64,000 nt of DNA, taken from assembly GCF_009914755.1 (NCBI RefSeq), contig NC_060932.1. One strand, given 5' to 3'. This document shows positions 20,071 to 40,280 of the stretch, piece after piece. Each line of letters opens with the position of its first letter. Positions within the stretch are counted from its first letter, which is position 1. The DNA comes from the human T2T-CHM13v2.0 reference genome, Homo sapiens. The notes under the pieces are model-generated. The model worked only from the letters and a program-made list of their open reading frames with translations, was not told the DNA's origin and did no database searches. A program made the position numbers and the translations under genes.

Positions 20071-20549
20071 TGTCTCTGTTTTTTTTAGATGAAGACGTTG
20101 AGGCATTTGCAACTGGTATAATCATTCTTAGCTCCTAAATGTTCAACTTTGAACAGAAAAAAAAAAGCTGGGTAGAGTATTTTCTCAATCTACTTTCAAT
20201 ATTTAACATTTCAAGTGTAATCTTAGCAGCAGCTGTAATCTAATCTAATTTTTTACTTTCCGAATTTAGACTTTCTGGGCATTTTCCCACTGTGCTCTCT
20301 CATATGCTTTGGCCCTGTGTTACTTTCTATTATAGCTGAATCCAATGCAGGAGGAAGAATAGACACAGCCAGAATGCTGTTGTAATGTAAATAGAAAGGA
20401 ACAGGTTGCTTGATAGAGGGCCAAGACATTGGCACACAATAAAGTATTGGTTTATGTTAAAGGAAAATGTACCTATAACGGCATCAAGCCTTAACTTTTC
20501 AGAAAGTATGAAAGGAATACAGGATGCCTTATCTTATGTAATATTTTGA

Positions 20550-20777
<228 letters not shown>

Positions 20778-21985
20778 TGACATTAGTAGAATCTTTGTCC
20801 ATTGTATATAAACTGCTTCTCGAGGTACAACCTATGCTTGCTTCTGAAGCCTGTGTTCCTACCCACCCCTGCCTCAGTCCTGACAGCTCGTCACCCAGTG
20901 TCCCCTGCAGTATGAGGTCCTCACTTTGCCCAAGCATGATCTTTTACAACAGCACACAGAAGTCTTAAAACGCAAGCACAAGATCTCTATGCAGTTGAGG
21001 TATATTGAAAGTGTGCTCCTACTGAGTGCTCAGCTTGGCCTTATCTGGTCATTTAAATCCTCAGCAGGGTTTAAGTGGTCATTTTCAGTGGGGCCTGTAG
21101 AATGAGGTCTCAGGCTCGCTAGAAGAGCATATCAGGTTTCTCAGTCTCCTGGGTGGAACAGAGAGTTCAAACTTCAGATTCTGATATGCTTCATCTCTCT
21201 CCTGGTCAAAGAGTGCTGTGGTATTAAGTTCCAGTTCCTGATGAACGTGAGCTAGATCATACTCGTCAATGGGAGGCGGGGGCTGAGGAGACAAGGGGAC
21301 CAAAAGTTGAGAGGCTCTCCTTTAAGCAGTGAATTGTTTCCATTCTCTTTCCATCACAGACCTTTTTTCTAGCCCTGACCCTTGTGTCAACCTTGGGTGA
21401 GTTTCTAGTATCAGCCCCCTCCCAGCTGGGTGGCTAGGGGGTTTGGGCTGGGATTCCTGTCTGGGACCCAGGCTCTCCTTATGCAGGTATAAACAATGAT
21501 TACTCTCAGCTGTTTCAGCCTTGCTGCACTGCTGTCACTCATGATTCTTCCTCTAAAAGTTTTTCCACTAGCTGCTTCTGGCTTTTGATTCTGAGCCGCT
21601 CACTATAATTCAGTTTCTCTTAGCTGATAACTCTCATCTCAGTACATCTGGGTCGTCTTTTCTGTTTGGCTCTCTGGTTCTTTGGAAAAACTCCTTCTTT
21701 CTATCTTCCCTCTCCCTGCTCCCTGCTCCCTGCTCACCCCCACTCCAGCCAGGAATGGATAAACAAGTCCAAGTATGTTAATGCCAGGGAGTAACTACCA
21801 GGAATAAAACTGAGCATAAGCAAACTCATCAGTGTGACCACGGAACGGTATGAAGATGAAATTTAAGAAGGAATCTCACTTACACTCACATACATCTATC
21901 CTGACTATGATTGGAAAAATATGTGTGTTGATTAATATTCATAATCAGTTTTGATTTAGAGAGTAATGTTTTTAAAAATTATTAA

Positions 21986-22323
<338 letters not shown>

Positions 22324-22837
22324 AGCTTTTTTTCTAGAAAGCTTCCCTTTACTTTTTTCTCCTCTGAGTGATGACACTTAACCCAACAAAGAGCTCACCC
22401 CACCCCCGCTTCCATCCAAGGAAGGCCTGCGTATCAGGTCATATTCTTTAAATTTTATTTTAGCCACTCCCCAAGCTGTCCCAGGTTTTGGTCATATTGG
22501 CAGTTGGCAAAGCCTCCAGGCCACTGGGGAAGGGGTGGGTGTTGGTTTTGCCCCACTGGCTCACTCCTGTGACTCTGAAATCCTTCTTGGTGCTGAAATC
22601 ATAACCTCAATGGGGGATTCCTCTTAAGTGGGAACAAAATGTGCTTCCTCATCAAAATAAGGGAAATGGGATGGGGGAGATAGTGTGAGAAAAACTGGAA
22701 TAACTCTTGATCATTTGCTTGTTCAGGACAAGGATCATCTTCTATGGCAAATGGCTTTCAAAGTACTGTACCCAATGAAAGGGGTGAACTTGTTTGTTGG
22801 TTGGCTGTTCTGTTCTTGTGGGAAATCAGCCACCAGA

Positions 22838-23661
<824 letters not shown>

Positions 23662-24142
23662 TAGTGCCAGTTTGGACATCCATATAAAGTGGGTACCAGC
23701 CACATAGGTAACAACAAATGTTCTCCCTTCCCCAGCACCATGATTTCACAATCCTATTTTCTTTCTCTCTCAGTTTTTGATGAGGAAGCTAAAGCCCAAA
23801 GGTATTAGGAAGTCACCCAAAGAAAACACAGTAAATGGCATGAGGAAAATAGAACTATAGTGTCTGACTCCAGAATCCAAGTTCCAAACAACTGTCCTAT
23901 GGCCTCCATGAGAAACAATTCCTGTGCTTGTTTAACAGGTTCTCCTAAAGAATCGAAACAATGTCCATCAAACTGTTAATGTATGGCTTCCAAACTGAAT
24001 TAACACCAAATTCTACACTACCAATTATATTTTAGGGGGAGTCTATTCAGGTCAATTTGCAGCTTAAATTTTCTACTTTTTCTTTCCACTCCGTTTTTAC
24101 TTTACCTTTGATTTTTTAATATTTCCAGAAGTCAAAAATGTA

Positions 24143-24811
24143 GGATGGGCACAGTGGCTCACGCCTGTATTCCCAGCACTTTGGGAGGCCGAGGCAGGCA
24201 ATCGTTTGAGGCCAGGAATTCAAGACAAGCCTGGGCAACACAGTGAAACTCCATCTCTACAAAATATCAAAATAATTAGCCAGGTGTGGTGGTGCACACC
24301 TGTAGTTCCAACTACTAAGGAAGCTGAGATGAGAGGATCACTTGAGCCTGAAAAAGTCAAAGCTGCAGAGAGCAGTGATTGTGCCACTGCACTCCAAGCA
24401 ACAGAGCAAGACCCTATCTCAAAAAAAAAAAAAAAAAAATGTAGTTGGCTATTATTATTTAGACTGGACTTGATTTTGGCAATTCTCTTAAATTCCTAGT
24501 CTTCAGGCTGGGCGTGATGGCTCATGCCTGTAATCCCAGCACTTTGGGAAGCCAAGGCAGGCGAATCACAAGGTCAGGAGTTTGAGACCAGCCTGGCCAA
24601 CATGGTGAAACCTCGTTCTACTAAAAATACAAAAAATTAGCTGGGAGTGGTGGCGGGCGCCTGTAATCCCAGCTACTCAGGAGGCTGAGGCAGGAGAATC
24701 ACTTGACCTGGGAGGCAGATGTTGCAGTGAGCCAAGATCATGCCACTGCACTCTAGCCCAGTCGACAGTGTGAGATTCCATCTCTAAAAAAAAAAAAAAA
24801 AAAAAAAAAAA
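24143..24811 (+). mobile_element. Two Alus: AluJ (24143-24439) and AluS (24506-24811)
   Basis: Both dimers with poly-A tails. Confidence 0.88.
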
Positions 24812-25206
24812 ATTCTAGTTTTCATTGTGGGGGTCCTTTGGAGTTTTACTGACAGCAGAACAATATTATTAATGCTATATTAGCATTATGGAGACCATGT
24901 CTTTCAGGGAGAGATTGGTTTCTACATATTTATTACTTTCACTTGCTTTGGATAAAAGAATACAGTATCGTAATTTCTCTTCCACAGATGGAAAAATTGA
25001 GGCCTAAGGACTGAACATAACATAACTGAACATTCCCCTGTTCTGTTGCAGGGGAATCTGAGCCACATTGCTAGAAGCCATGTCTTCTGACAGCTTGACT
25101 TCCTGTCTAAGCAGCTTCGTGGCTTCTGAGTCAAGCATAGTTTCTTACACGATATGGGCTTCAAAGAGATAGAAAGTGTTTGTTTCCTAAGCTTTTGATC
25201 TTATGT

Positions 25207-25364
25207 CTCTAGACTTGAATTTGGGATGCTAGCTGGGTTGTGTTTAGCAACAAATAACAGAAAGTGCAGTAAAGATAGTTTAAGCCTCTAGACTTGAATT
25301 TGGGATGCTATCTGCGTTGTGTTTAGCAACACATAACAGAAAGTGCAGTAAAGATAGTTTAAGC
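25207..25364. repeat. 79-bp direct tandem duplication
   Basis: 25207-25285 vs 25286-25364, 3 mismatches. Confidence 0.95.
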
Positions 25365-25770
25365 AGTGAGGTTTCTCTGCCTCCTGAAGTGAGATGCCCC
25401 CAGGTCTAGAATCCCAGGCTGACACTGAGACTCCCCACAAAGGCGCTGTCCATCTCTCTCTCTCCTGTTCTTAGTGTACACCAGGCCTCATGTCTGCACT
25501 CTGGGCAGGAAGAACAGGGAATGGCAAAGAGTTAAGAGCAGAGAGGTGTCACCTAGCAAGACTTTGCTTTTTATCTGGGAAGGGCAGTCTGTCCCAGGGA
25601 TTTCATCCTACATCTCATGGGCCAGAACTGTGTCACATGGTCACCCCATGCTGGAAGGCAGTCGGTGACTCATATGGTTTTGGCTGGGCACACTACTGCC
25701 CTGAGCAAAATTCTTAAGGAGGAAGAAAGAGAGATTGGGTTTGAATAAGCAGCTGGCACTGTCAGCTACA
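25310..25770. mobile_element. Old MaLR LTR (MLT1J/K-like)
   Basis: aaataacagaaa, catctcatgggccagaactgtgtcacatgg, ending gtcagctaca. Confidence 0.55.
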
Positions 25771-25944
25771 AGGACAAATGTCTTTTTCATTAAATAACTA
25801 AGCAAACTTCCTTATGAAACATACGCTTTTAAGGAACAGCTTTCTTCCTGTGTCAACACAAATAGCTCTAAGCTAGATTTAAAAGCAGATGGGTATACCG
25901 ATGTTAATGTCTCAGTTTCAACAAATGTACCATAGTTATGTTAA

Positions 25945-26455
<511 letters not shown>

Positions 26456-27269
26456 TTCTTTGCAGCTTTTCTATAAATCTAAAGTTATTCTAAAATGTAA
26501 AGTTTATTTTTTAAAAAGTAGGTGGGTTTTTTTTTTCCTGCATCTTCTTTTTTAAAGCTATGAACAATATAGAAAATATATAAAGACAGTTAAAAAAAAG
26601 ACTATGTCTTGCCACTGCTATCTTCCTTTTCTGAACTTTAGCCTCTTCCTCCTTTGAGGGTCTGTTGACATACTGACTTTATCTCTTCAGTCTCAAAAGC
26701 AGCACCTGATAAATTACTGTGCAGTAAAGCACCAGCAAGTTAATATGGTAACCTTCCTGGGAATACTAAGAAAATGCCATGCAGGAGTGAGCCTTTGGGA
26801 AGAAACTTTCACATCCTGGGGTTCCTGGGAAGGATTTTATTTCAGTACCCCACTGTCTGTTCCCCGAGACCACCTAGAGTTACTTCTAGACCCTTCTATA
26901 AAAATAAGGTCTGAAAAGGCTTCTACCTTGGAAAGATATCCTTTTGGCCCTGACACCCTGGGCCCTTGCATGGAAGCACACATGGCTAATATTTATGGAA
27001 TCCTTCTATGGACCAGGGACGCTACTAGGCCTTTTATTTTATTTTTAAATTTTATTTTATTTTTAATTTTTGTTATACTTCAAGTTCTGGGACAGGTTTG
27101 TTACATGGGTATATACCTGCCATGGTGGTTTGCTGCACCCATCAACCTGTCATCTACATTAGGTATTTCTCCTAATGCTGTGCCTCCCCTAACTCCCCAC
27201 CCACCAACAGGCCCCAGTGTGTGATGTTCCCCTCCCTGTGTCCATGTGTTCTCGTTGTTCAGCTCCCAC

Positions 27270-28829
<1,560 letters not shown>

Positions 28830-28892
28830 TATGATGCTAGCTGGTTATTTTGCCTGTTAGTTGATGCAGTTTCTTCATAGTGTCAATGGTCT

Positions 28893-29918
28893 TTACAATT
28901 TGGTATGTGTTTGCAGTGGCTCGTACTGGTTGTTCCTTTCCATATTTAGTGCTTCCTTCAGGAGCTCTTGTAAGGCAGGCCTGGTGGTGACAAAATCTCT
29001 CAACATTTGCTTGTCTGTAAAGGATTTTATTTCTCCTTCACTTATAAGCGTAGTTTGGCCTGCATATGAAATTCTGGATTGAAAATTCTTTTCTTTAAGA
29101 ATGTTGAATTTTGCCCCCACTCTCTTCTGTCTTGTAGAGTTTCTTCTGAGAGATCTGCTCTTAGTCTGATGGGCTTCCCTTTGTGGGTAACCCGACCTTT
29201 CTCTCTGGCTGCCCTTAATATTTTTTCCTTCATTTCAACCTTGGTGAATCTGATGATTATGTGTCTTGGGGTTGCTCTTCTCGAGGAGTATCTTCGTTGT
29301 GTTCTCTGTGTTTCCTGAATTTGAATGTTGGCCTGTCTTGGTAGGTTGGGGAAGTTCTCCTGGATAATATCCTGAAGAGTGATTTCTAACATGGTTCCAT
29401 TCTCCCTGTCACTTTCAGGTACACCAATCAAACATAGGTTTGGTCTTTTCACATAGCCCCATATTTCTTGGAGGCTATGTTTGTTCCTTTTCATTCTTTT
29501 TTCTCTAATCTTGTCTTCATGCTTCATTTCATTAAGTTGATCTTCAATCTCTGATATCCTTTCTTCTGCTTGATCGATTCAGCTATTGATACTTGTGTAT
29601 GCTTCACAAAGTTCTCATGCTGTGATTTTTCAGCTTTATCAGGTTATATATATTCTTCTCGAAACTGGTTATTCTAGTTAGCAATTCCTCTAACATTTTT
29701 TTCAAGGTTCTTAGCTTCTTTCACTGGGTCAGAACATGCTCTGTTAGCTCAGAGGAGTTTATTATTATCCATCTTCTGAAGCCTACTTCTGTCAATTTGT
29801 CAAACTCATTCTCCATCCAGTTTTGTTCCCTTGCTGGTGAGGAGTTGTGATCCTTTGGAGGAGAAGGGGCATTCTGGTTTTTGGAATTTTCAGTCTTTTT
29901 GTGCTGGTTTTTCCTCAT
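28893..29918 (-). pseudogene. Disrupted L1 ORF1
   Basis: Three ORF-track pieces (29721-29918, 29042-29527, 28893-29120) in different frames with ORF1p motifs (KRPNLCLIGVPE, TPRHIIIRFTK, FVTTRPALQELLKEAL). Confidence 0.9.
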
Positions 29919-31237
29919 CTTTGTGGATATATCTACCTTTGGTCTTTGATGTTGGTGACCTTCGGATAGAGTTTTGTGTGGATGTCCTTTTTGTTGACGT
30001 TGATGCTATTCCTCTCTGTTTGCTAGTTTTCCTTCTAAGTCAGACCCCTTTGCTGTAGCTCTGCTGGAGTTTGCTGGAGGTCTACTCCAGACCCTCTTTG
30101 CCTGGGTATCACCAGTGGAGGCTACAGAACAGCAAAGATTGCTGCCTGTTCTTTCCGCTAGAAGCTTTGTCTCAGAGGGGCACCTGCCAGATGCCAACCA
30201 GAGCTCTCCGGTATGAGATGTCTGTCGACCCCTGCTGGCATATGTCTCCCAGTCAGGAGGCATGGGATTCAGGGACCCACTTGAGGAGGCAGTCTATTCC
30301 TTAGCAGAGCTCGAGTGCTGTGCTGGGAGATCCAGTGCTCTCTTTAGAGCTGGCAGACAGGGAGGTTTAGGTCTGCTGAAGCGGCGCCAACAGCTGCCCC
30401 TTCCCCCAGGTGCTCTGTCCCAGGGAGAGGGGAGTTTTATCTATAAGTCCCTGACTGGGGCTGCTGCCTTTCTTCAGAGATGCCCTGCCTCTAGAGAGGC
30501 AGCCTGGCTACAATGGGTTTGCATAGCTGTGGTGGGCTCTGCCCAGTTCAAACTTGCTGGTGGCCTTGTTTACACTGTGAGGGGAAAACCACCTACTCAA
30601 GCCTCAGTAATGGCAGACACCCTTCCCCCCACCAAGCTCGAGTGTCCCAGGTCGACCTCTGACTGCTGTGCTGGCAGTGAGAATTTAAAGCCAGTAGATC
30701 TTAGCTTGCTGGGCTCCATTGGGTTGGGAACTGCTGAGCTAGACCACTTGTCTCCCTGGCTTCAGCCCCCTTTCCAGGGGAGTGAACAGTTCTGTCTCGC
30801 TGGTGTTCCAGGCACCACTGGGGTATGAAAAAAACCTCCTGCGGCTAGCTCAGTGCCTGCCCAAATGGCTGCCCAGTTTTGTGCTTGAAACCCTGGTGGT
30901 GTAGGCACCCGAGGGAATCTCCTGGTCTGCGGGTTGTGAAGACTGTGGGAAAAGCATTGTATCTGGGCTGGAATGCACTGTTCCTCATGGCAGAGTCCCT
31001 TAGGGCTTCCGTTGGCTAAGGAAGGGAGTTCCCTGACCCCTTGTGCTTCCTGGGTGAGGCAATGTCCCACTCTGCTTCTGCTCGCCCTCCATGGGCTACA
31101 CCCACTATCTAACCAGTCCCAATGAGATGAACCGGGTACCTCAGTTGGAAATGCAGAAATCACCCACCTTCTGCGTTGATCTCACTGGGAGTTGCAGACC
31201 AGAGCTGTTCCTGTTCAGCCATCTTGCCCAGGTCTAA

Positions 31238-31591
<354 letters not shown>

Positions 31592-31707
31592 TAGATGAAG
31601 AAAACTAAAATTCAGAGCAGTTAAGTAATTAAGTAAATCGTTAAACTGGCATTCAACCCTGGGCTATCTGAGATCAGAGCAATGTTTTCTGTGCTATAGC
31701 CATATCC

Positions 31708-32059
31708 TTTTTTTTTTCTTTTTTTTTTTTTTTTTTTTTAATAGAGATGGGGCTTTACCATGTTGCCCAGGCTAGTCTCAAACTCCTGAGCTCAAGTAAT
31801 CTGCCTACCTTGGACTCCCAAAGTGCTAGGATTACATATATGAGCCATCGTGCCTGGCTGCCACATTCTTTTGGTAAGCAATTCCAAAGTAATTAGCATT
31901 TTATGGTGGTGAATATTTCTTTAAAAATTATTTTAAATAAATAGAGACAAGGTCTTACTATGTTGCTCAGGTTAGTGTCAAACTCATGGGCTCAAGTGAC
32001 CCTTGTGCCTTGGCCTCCTAAAATATTAGGATTACAGGCAGGAGCCACCGTGCCGGGCC
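31708..32059 (-). mobile_element. Two FLAM/left monomers (31708-31862, 31930-32059)
   Basis: Single reverse monomers. Confidence 0.8.
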
Positions 32060-32289
32060 ATTGGTTAAGAATTTTATGGAAAACATTTCCAGCCAAATTA
32101 CCGTCTGTAACCTGGAAACAGGAATAAATGTGGGCAAAGCAGACTCCACTCTCTTGTTTTGCAAGCTTGTCTGCCTCCTCGTTTCCATGATCACACCTTG
32201 AAATGGGAGGCAGTCTAGTGTGGAGGTTCAGGGGTGAGACCTGGAGTGAGTCCGTCAGCACTTCTCTCTTGGATCTTCTTGTTAGTGAC

Positions 32290-32500
32290 TCTGAGATACA
32301 TGGGCAAGTTTGCCTTGTCTAAGCCCCAGTTTCCTTATCTGTAAACTGGGAATCATAATATGGGAATATAATATATATGGGAATATAATAACTCTCTCAT
32401 AGTACTGTTTTGAGAAGTAAATGATATAAACCTGTAATGTGCTTGGCACAGGGCCGTGCACAGGCTATCTATCACTCAGTAAATGATAATTATCATTATT
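32290..32500 (+). mobile_element. MIR
   Basis: gggcaagtt..cagtttccttatctgtaaactgggaatcataata..gtgcttggcacag..ctcagtaaatg. Confidence 0.7.
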
Positions 32501-32904
32501 TTTATCATCTACATTCTCATTATCAGATGCCTGAGTGGGTGAAGCTTAATGTATTTGATGACCTCATCCATTGCTGGTCTTGAACAGTATCTTATACATA
32601 CTCTCTGCTATTACGTGCTTGTTAAGTAAATCAACACTGAAATACTTTGATCGGGCCTTTGGGTTTAATTATTTTGCCAATAATTTCAAAAGATCTAGAA
32701 TAGAGTTACAGATTTCTTTTGTTGAATTATGTATCTGAGATATTCCATTTGCCGGATGAAATAATTTTGTTTTTAGGCTTCTCTGCACTTACAGTACAAT
32801 CTAGTTTCTGATAAACAAGATTATCTTTGAAAATCCTACCCCTTGTTCTGCATGTTATCACTAACAGTAGAGGTTCTTTCTAGTCTTTGGAATGTACCCA
32901 GCTA

Positions 32905-33213
32905 TTATTTTTATTTGTTTATTTAGTTTTTTTTTGAGACGGAGTCTCACTCTGTCGCCCAGGCTGGAGTGCAGTGGCGCATCTCTGCTCACTGCAAGCT
33001 CCGCCTCCCAGGTTCACGCCATTCTCCTGCCTCAGCCTCCCGAGTAGCTGGGACTACAGGCGCCCACCACCATGCCCAGCTAACTTTTTGTATTTTTAGT
33101 AGAGACGGGGTTTCATCGTGTTAGTCGGGATGGTCTCAATCTCCTGACCTGGTGATCCGCCCGCCTCAGCCTCCCAAAGTGCGGGATTACAGGCGTGAGC
33201 CACCATGCCCGGC
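32905..33213 (-). mobile_element. AluY
   Basis: caagctccgcctcccaggttcacgccattctcc; TSD-like cccagctat. Confidence 0.92.
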
Positions 33214-33785
33214 CACCCCAGCTATCGTTTAATGATACATACAGAAGAATAAAACATAGTTTGACTTTCCATCTGTTTATTGCCTTTACATTTCTGGCAG
33301 TAAGACACAGAAGCTGCAGCACTCAGACAATCACAGTGTCATGTTTGGTTTTCTATCTTTACTAAAGTTACTTTGAATCCTTTTACTTCTTTTCCATCCT
33401 CTTGCCTCCCTTCAATCAATTAAATAAGTGTAAGTGGGTTATAACTTTGTGAATGTGAAGTATTTTGTTTCAGTAATATCAGTTAATAGGACTTTATGTC
33501 CTACAATCAATTTCCTGCTTTCATATCCTCTTGTTAATGTTGTCAGTGCTAAGGAAGTAATTATTTTAGTCCTCTGACTCACTGTTGTTATTGCCTTTTG
33601 GAGAGTTTTGTATCCCAAGCAGCTAGCACCGTTTTTATGGAGTAGGCACTTAAAAACAATTGCTTACTGTTTTGAAAAGTCGATTCAAGGACTTTTGCTG
33701 CTTTAGGAAATAGGGCTCCTTCAACTACTGCTTCCATTTAGGATGGCTTGAGATGGTTGAGATGGCCTTAAGTACAGCTCGGGTT

Positions 33786-33801
33786 TTCTTTTCTTTTCTT
33801 T

Positions 33802-33861
<60 letters not shown>

Positions 33862-33868
33862 TTTTTTT
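33786..33868. repeat. (TTTC)n tetranucleotide microsatellite at an L1 tail
   Basis: About 14 tttc units. Confidence 0.95.
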
Positions 33869-33869
33869 A

Positions 33870-34482
<613 letters not shown>

Positions 34483-35398
34483 TCAGATTTTCTTTAAAAA
34501 AAAATAGCTTCAACTTTTCTATTGTAACTAATTCTTAAATAAGGTTTTTCTACAAATGCATGATTAAAAAGCATGTTATGAATATTTCTTCAGTCTTGAC
34601 CATTTTTAAATTATGAAATATACTAAATGATATCAGATGCTTGGACTCTGTCAGACTGTGATCTAGCAGGACCCAGAAGACAAAATACTGCAAATCTATC
34701 CCTGGATGTGTGAAAGAAGTTAAAGCTTAAGTCTTGCTGGCAGGGAAACCACAGTACTTTTGTATGCAGAATTTACTCACCTTCTAGAAACACCAAGTCT
34801 AAGGAATAGGTCTACCATCCATTTATCCTTGCAGTTTATCTGTGATTTTGAGCAATGTCTATCAGGGCTAGTCTATCAGAGATCAGTAGTAGCTAAGAAA
34901 ATAAGAGGAAAAGGAGTGAATGGTTGGATAGAGTGCCATCCTTGGTGACCAAAAAAATGATCCTTCACAGAAGCCCCAGCCACCCTTGTGCACTTGGTGA
35001 AGCAGTGAGCTGGCAGCTAGTGAGGGTCTTATGTCTTTAAGGTGATCTTGATGACCTCTGTAACTTTGACACTGGTTTGCAGTTAGCCCCATCTTGCTGA
35101 CCTTCTTCTTCCTCAGTAGGATAATCATCATCTTTATTCCCTCTCTGTTTAAGTCTGTTTTCAGTCTACTAAGTTGTTTACGTGACCGTAAGTCCAAGAC
35201 CACCTTTTAAAAATTTTTGATGATGTGTCATCCAGGGCACAGTTGATGTCTGCGCATTCCCTATATGGTGCTATCGTAGTGCTGGATTCAGTTCACATGC
35301 TTCATGATGCCTGTTGTGTTATATCATTTATGAGCAAGCATTTCAAGGATGAATGAAAGTATGTGACCTTCCTCCTTCCAACTAGATAAGTAGAGTAA

Positions 35399-35704
<306 letters not shown>

Positions 35705-36618
35705 TAGTTTTATATTCAGGAGAACCTGTAGAATTCAAGATGATACATTTTTATATTCATCCTTGGACTACATGCATGAGTTGAATGGGAGCCAATTTCC
35801 CCCCTTTTAAGTAATCAGCTTCTATTATTTCTTTGTCTGCTAAAATCATCCTAATAATATATAAGGGAGGAAAATGTAGTCACGTTATCCCCAGAAAGAA
35901 GAATATATCTGTACCATGTCACTTTATTATTTTGGTAAACTACATGACATTTCCCTCATGATTTCTGCAGTTAAACCTAACGGTGTATAGGGATCTGTTT
36001 TTCTTTGACCAAATAGTGAATTGAGTGCTTCTAAAGTTCCAACTTTCCTAAACAGAGATCCTGTTGTATTTATGTGGCTCTAGCTTTCTGGCTACGTCTG
36101 CTTTTCTTCCTAGTTTAAATCCCATTTAATACGAAGTCAAGACAAGGCCCTAGAGAATTCTACCAAAGCAAAAGGGAAGGCTTGGAAAGTCCCAGAAATT
36201 ATCAATTGGATGAGTAACAAATTGTCAGTTTTCAATTACAACTGGTAAGATCACAACTGGAACATTAGATATTGAATGTAGATGTTGAACACTGCCTCTT
36301 TGAATCTTTGTCCTGTTTACAGATAAATAGTTCCAAGGAGCAAAAAATGAAATTTATCAAATGGTATGTATTATATTTACTATAATACGAAGGTCCTGTA
36401 TATCACTGGGATCTGAGAAATGTAGAATTGGAACAAATTTAAGACTTACAGGCACAAACTGTTCCCCATGCTTTTTTCTTCCTTCTCTTTACTTTTTTTT
36501 CCATATCATGGATTTTTTTTTTTCTGTGTTTAACAAAAAGTAAGTTGTTTATGTAGCAAGGATTTTTATATTCAGTATGGAGTATTGCATGTTAATGTGT
36601 AGGAAAAAATCAGGCTGA

Positions 36619-37066
<448 letters not shown>

Positions 37067-37378
37067 TCAACTTTTCTCCCTCTGGAATACAAACTCTATG
37101 TCATTTAGCTGTTGTTAATTCTTGAGCCTCTACTTATATAATTTATGACTATAAAAACGATCTTTGACTTTCATAATCTAGTTACTTCCCAAACCTTACT
37201 GTGTCTTAATACACTGCTTTATTTTTTGCTTTCTGTCAACTTCTCAAGTTTGAATATCTTCCAGTGGTGCACTCACTAAACTTTAGCTGTATATCTGGTT
37301 ATGATTTCATACGTTTTTCATAGGTAAAAAGATAACAAACTGCTCGGAGAAGGGCAATGTGTTCTTTAAAGAAAGTTA

Positions 37379-37703
<325 letters not shown>

Positions 37704-38047
37704 TTAGAAGAATTAGAATTTCAGAATAAGTAGTAAATTAAAAAAAAGAAAAAAGAAAGGCAGAAAAGATAGAGGAAATGAGTTCTGCATAGGAACTTAA
37801 ATGAGCAAAGTGTGAAGTCAATCTTTAGAAGTCTAAAATGAAGAAGGCTTACAACACTCTATGTCAGATGCCATGCCATATCTCTTACATAAATTATCTC
37901 ATTTTTCCTTTGCATGGAATATATTCAAAAAATTGAACAAGTTGCCCAAATACTCAGATAGTAAATGTGGCAGAGCTAGGATTGAAACTGAAGATACCTG
38001 GCTGTAAAACTTGTACTTTTCATTGTATGATAAATTTTCTAAAAGTA

Positions 38048-38369
<322 letters not shown>

Positions 38370-39805
38370 TCAAAGTTACTCAGCATAAAAATTGTCAATA
38401 AAGTTCCAACTTAATTGCCATGTTCTTGTGTGAAATGATGTCTCTTTTAGCAGGCTTTGGTATTGGTGAGCATAAAGAGATGAGCAGATGAAGGTGTCAT
38501 ACTTCAATCACAATGTTAAGATCAGTAGCTGGGATGGAGTATGATACTTAGTAGGTGCTCAGTTTGTCAAATGAATGAATGTCACGTGTGATTTATTGGT
38601 GCCATAATATGGCTGTCTACCTGCACTCTTTCAGCTTTTGAAGCTGTGATTATATATATTAAACCTAAAACTTTACTCACACACAAAGCAAATGTGTGAA
38701 ACTCAATGTTTATGTCATTAAACTGTTTATATCATTAAACTTTTAATGAAAGACAGAAAAAAGGCAAAATATTAATAACTTATTGGCAACAATGCAAGTG
38801 ATACATACAATTGTCACTTTTGTATGCTGAGAGAACTCGATTCCATCTGTGCCAGCCACACAGCTAGGTGAATAAACACGTGGCAACCTTCATTTCAGGG
38901 AGGGTGGCTGCTCCTGAGACACTCGGATCCAAATCCATCCTTGAAAATTGAGGATGAATTGAAAATTCTTGAAAATCCTTGAAAATTAAATATTATATCC
39001 CATAAAATTGAATTCTCCTAGGCCAAATGTCAGCATATCATCAATAGGTGATGATAACAGTAAAAAACAACAGTGGTTGTAAAATAATAAATGTATAATT
39101 TATTGAGTACTTACAATGTATTTGGCATTATGCTGAACACTTATAGTTGACTATCTCATCTGGCCCTCATGTTACCTGACTTCCTCATGTTTGAGGTCAC
39201 CTGTTCTATTGGGGAGAGAATGTGATGAAGAAGGACTATATAAAGTTGACTTTTGTATTTGATCTTATATAGTATGTTTGCCCTGTTGGTTATAGGTGGT
39301 ATAGAGGTGGGGAGGTATAAGCTGGAGACTGGATGTAAACTAAACACTGGGTCAGTAATTAAAGCTGGAGGAGATACATAATTAGGTCAGCAGTCAAATT
39401 TCTATTTCATTTAAAAATAATCTCAAAGTACTTTGAAGTCTGCTATAGATTTTTTTTGGATTTAGAATGCTTTTCTGGATTTATTTATACAGAGCCAATA
39501 TTTTATGTAATTCACTGTGCAAAGAGAAAACAGTAGGTCTTAATAAATGTATACAGGGCTATATATTTGCAGGTTATAATTTTAAGATACTGTTGCCAAA
39601 GCCAACTTGAGGATTTTTTAAAAATCTCAATAAACTCAGAAGGTTGCCAGAAATAACTTACCTACAAAATTTTATTATAGCATTACTGAGTATAGCGATG
39701 TAGTGAATTTATGTAAAAATTTGACTATCCACAAGAGAGCCACATTGGTAGCTATCATATCAAAGTGTGATTGACTTATTTTTTGGTCCAGGTTGCATTA
39801 GGTGA

Positions 39806-40280
<475 letters not shown>

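Noticed and set aside
21428-21452. Canonical G-quadruplex motif GGG-N6-GGGGG-N3-GGG-N2-GGG
   Set aside because: Real motif, but deep intronic and common genome-wide; no supporting context
30262-30828. 188-aa + strand ORF (and 30762-31163 on the - strand)
   Set aside because: Lies within the L1 5'UTR; GC-rich chance frame that I cannot match to L1 ORF0 or any known protein
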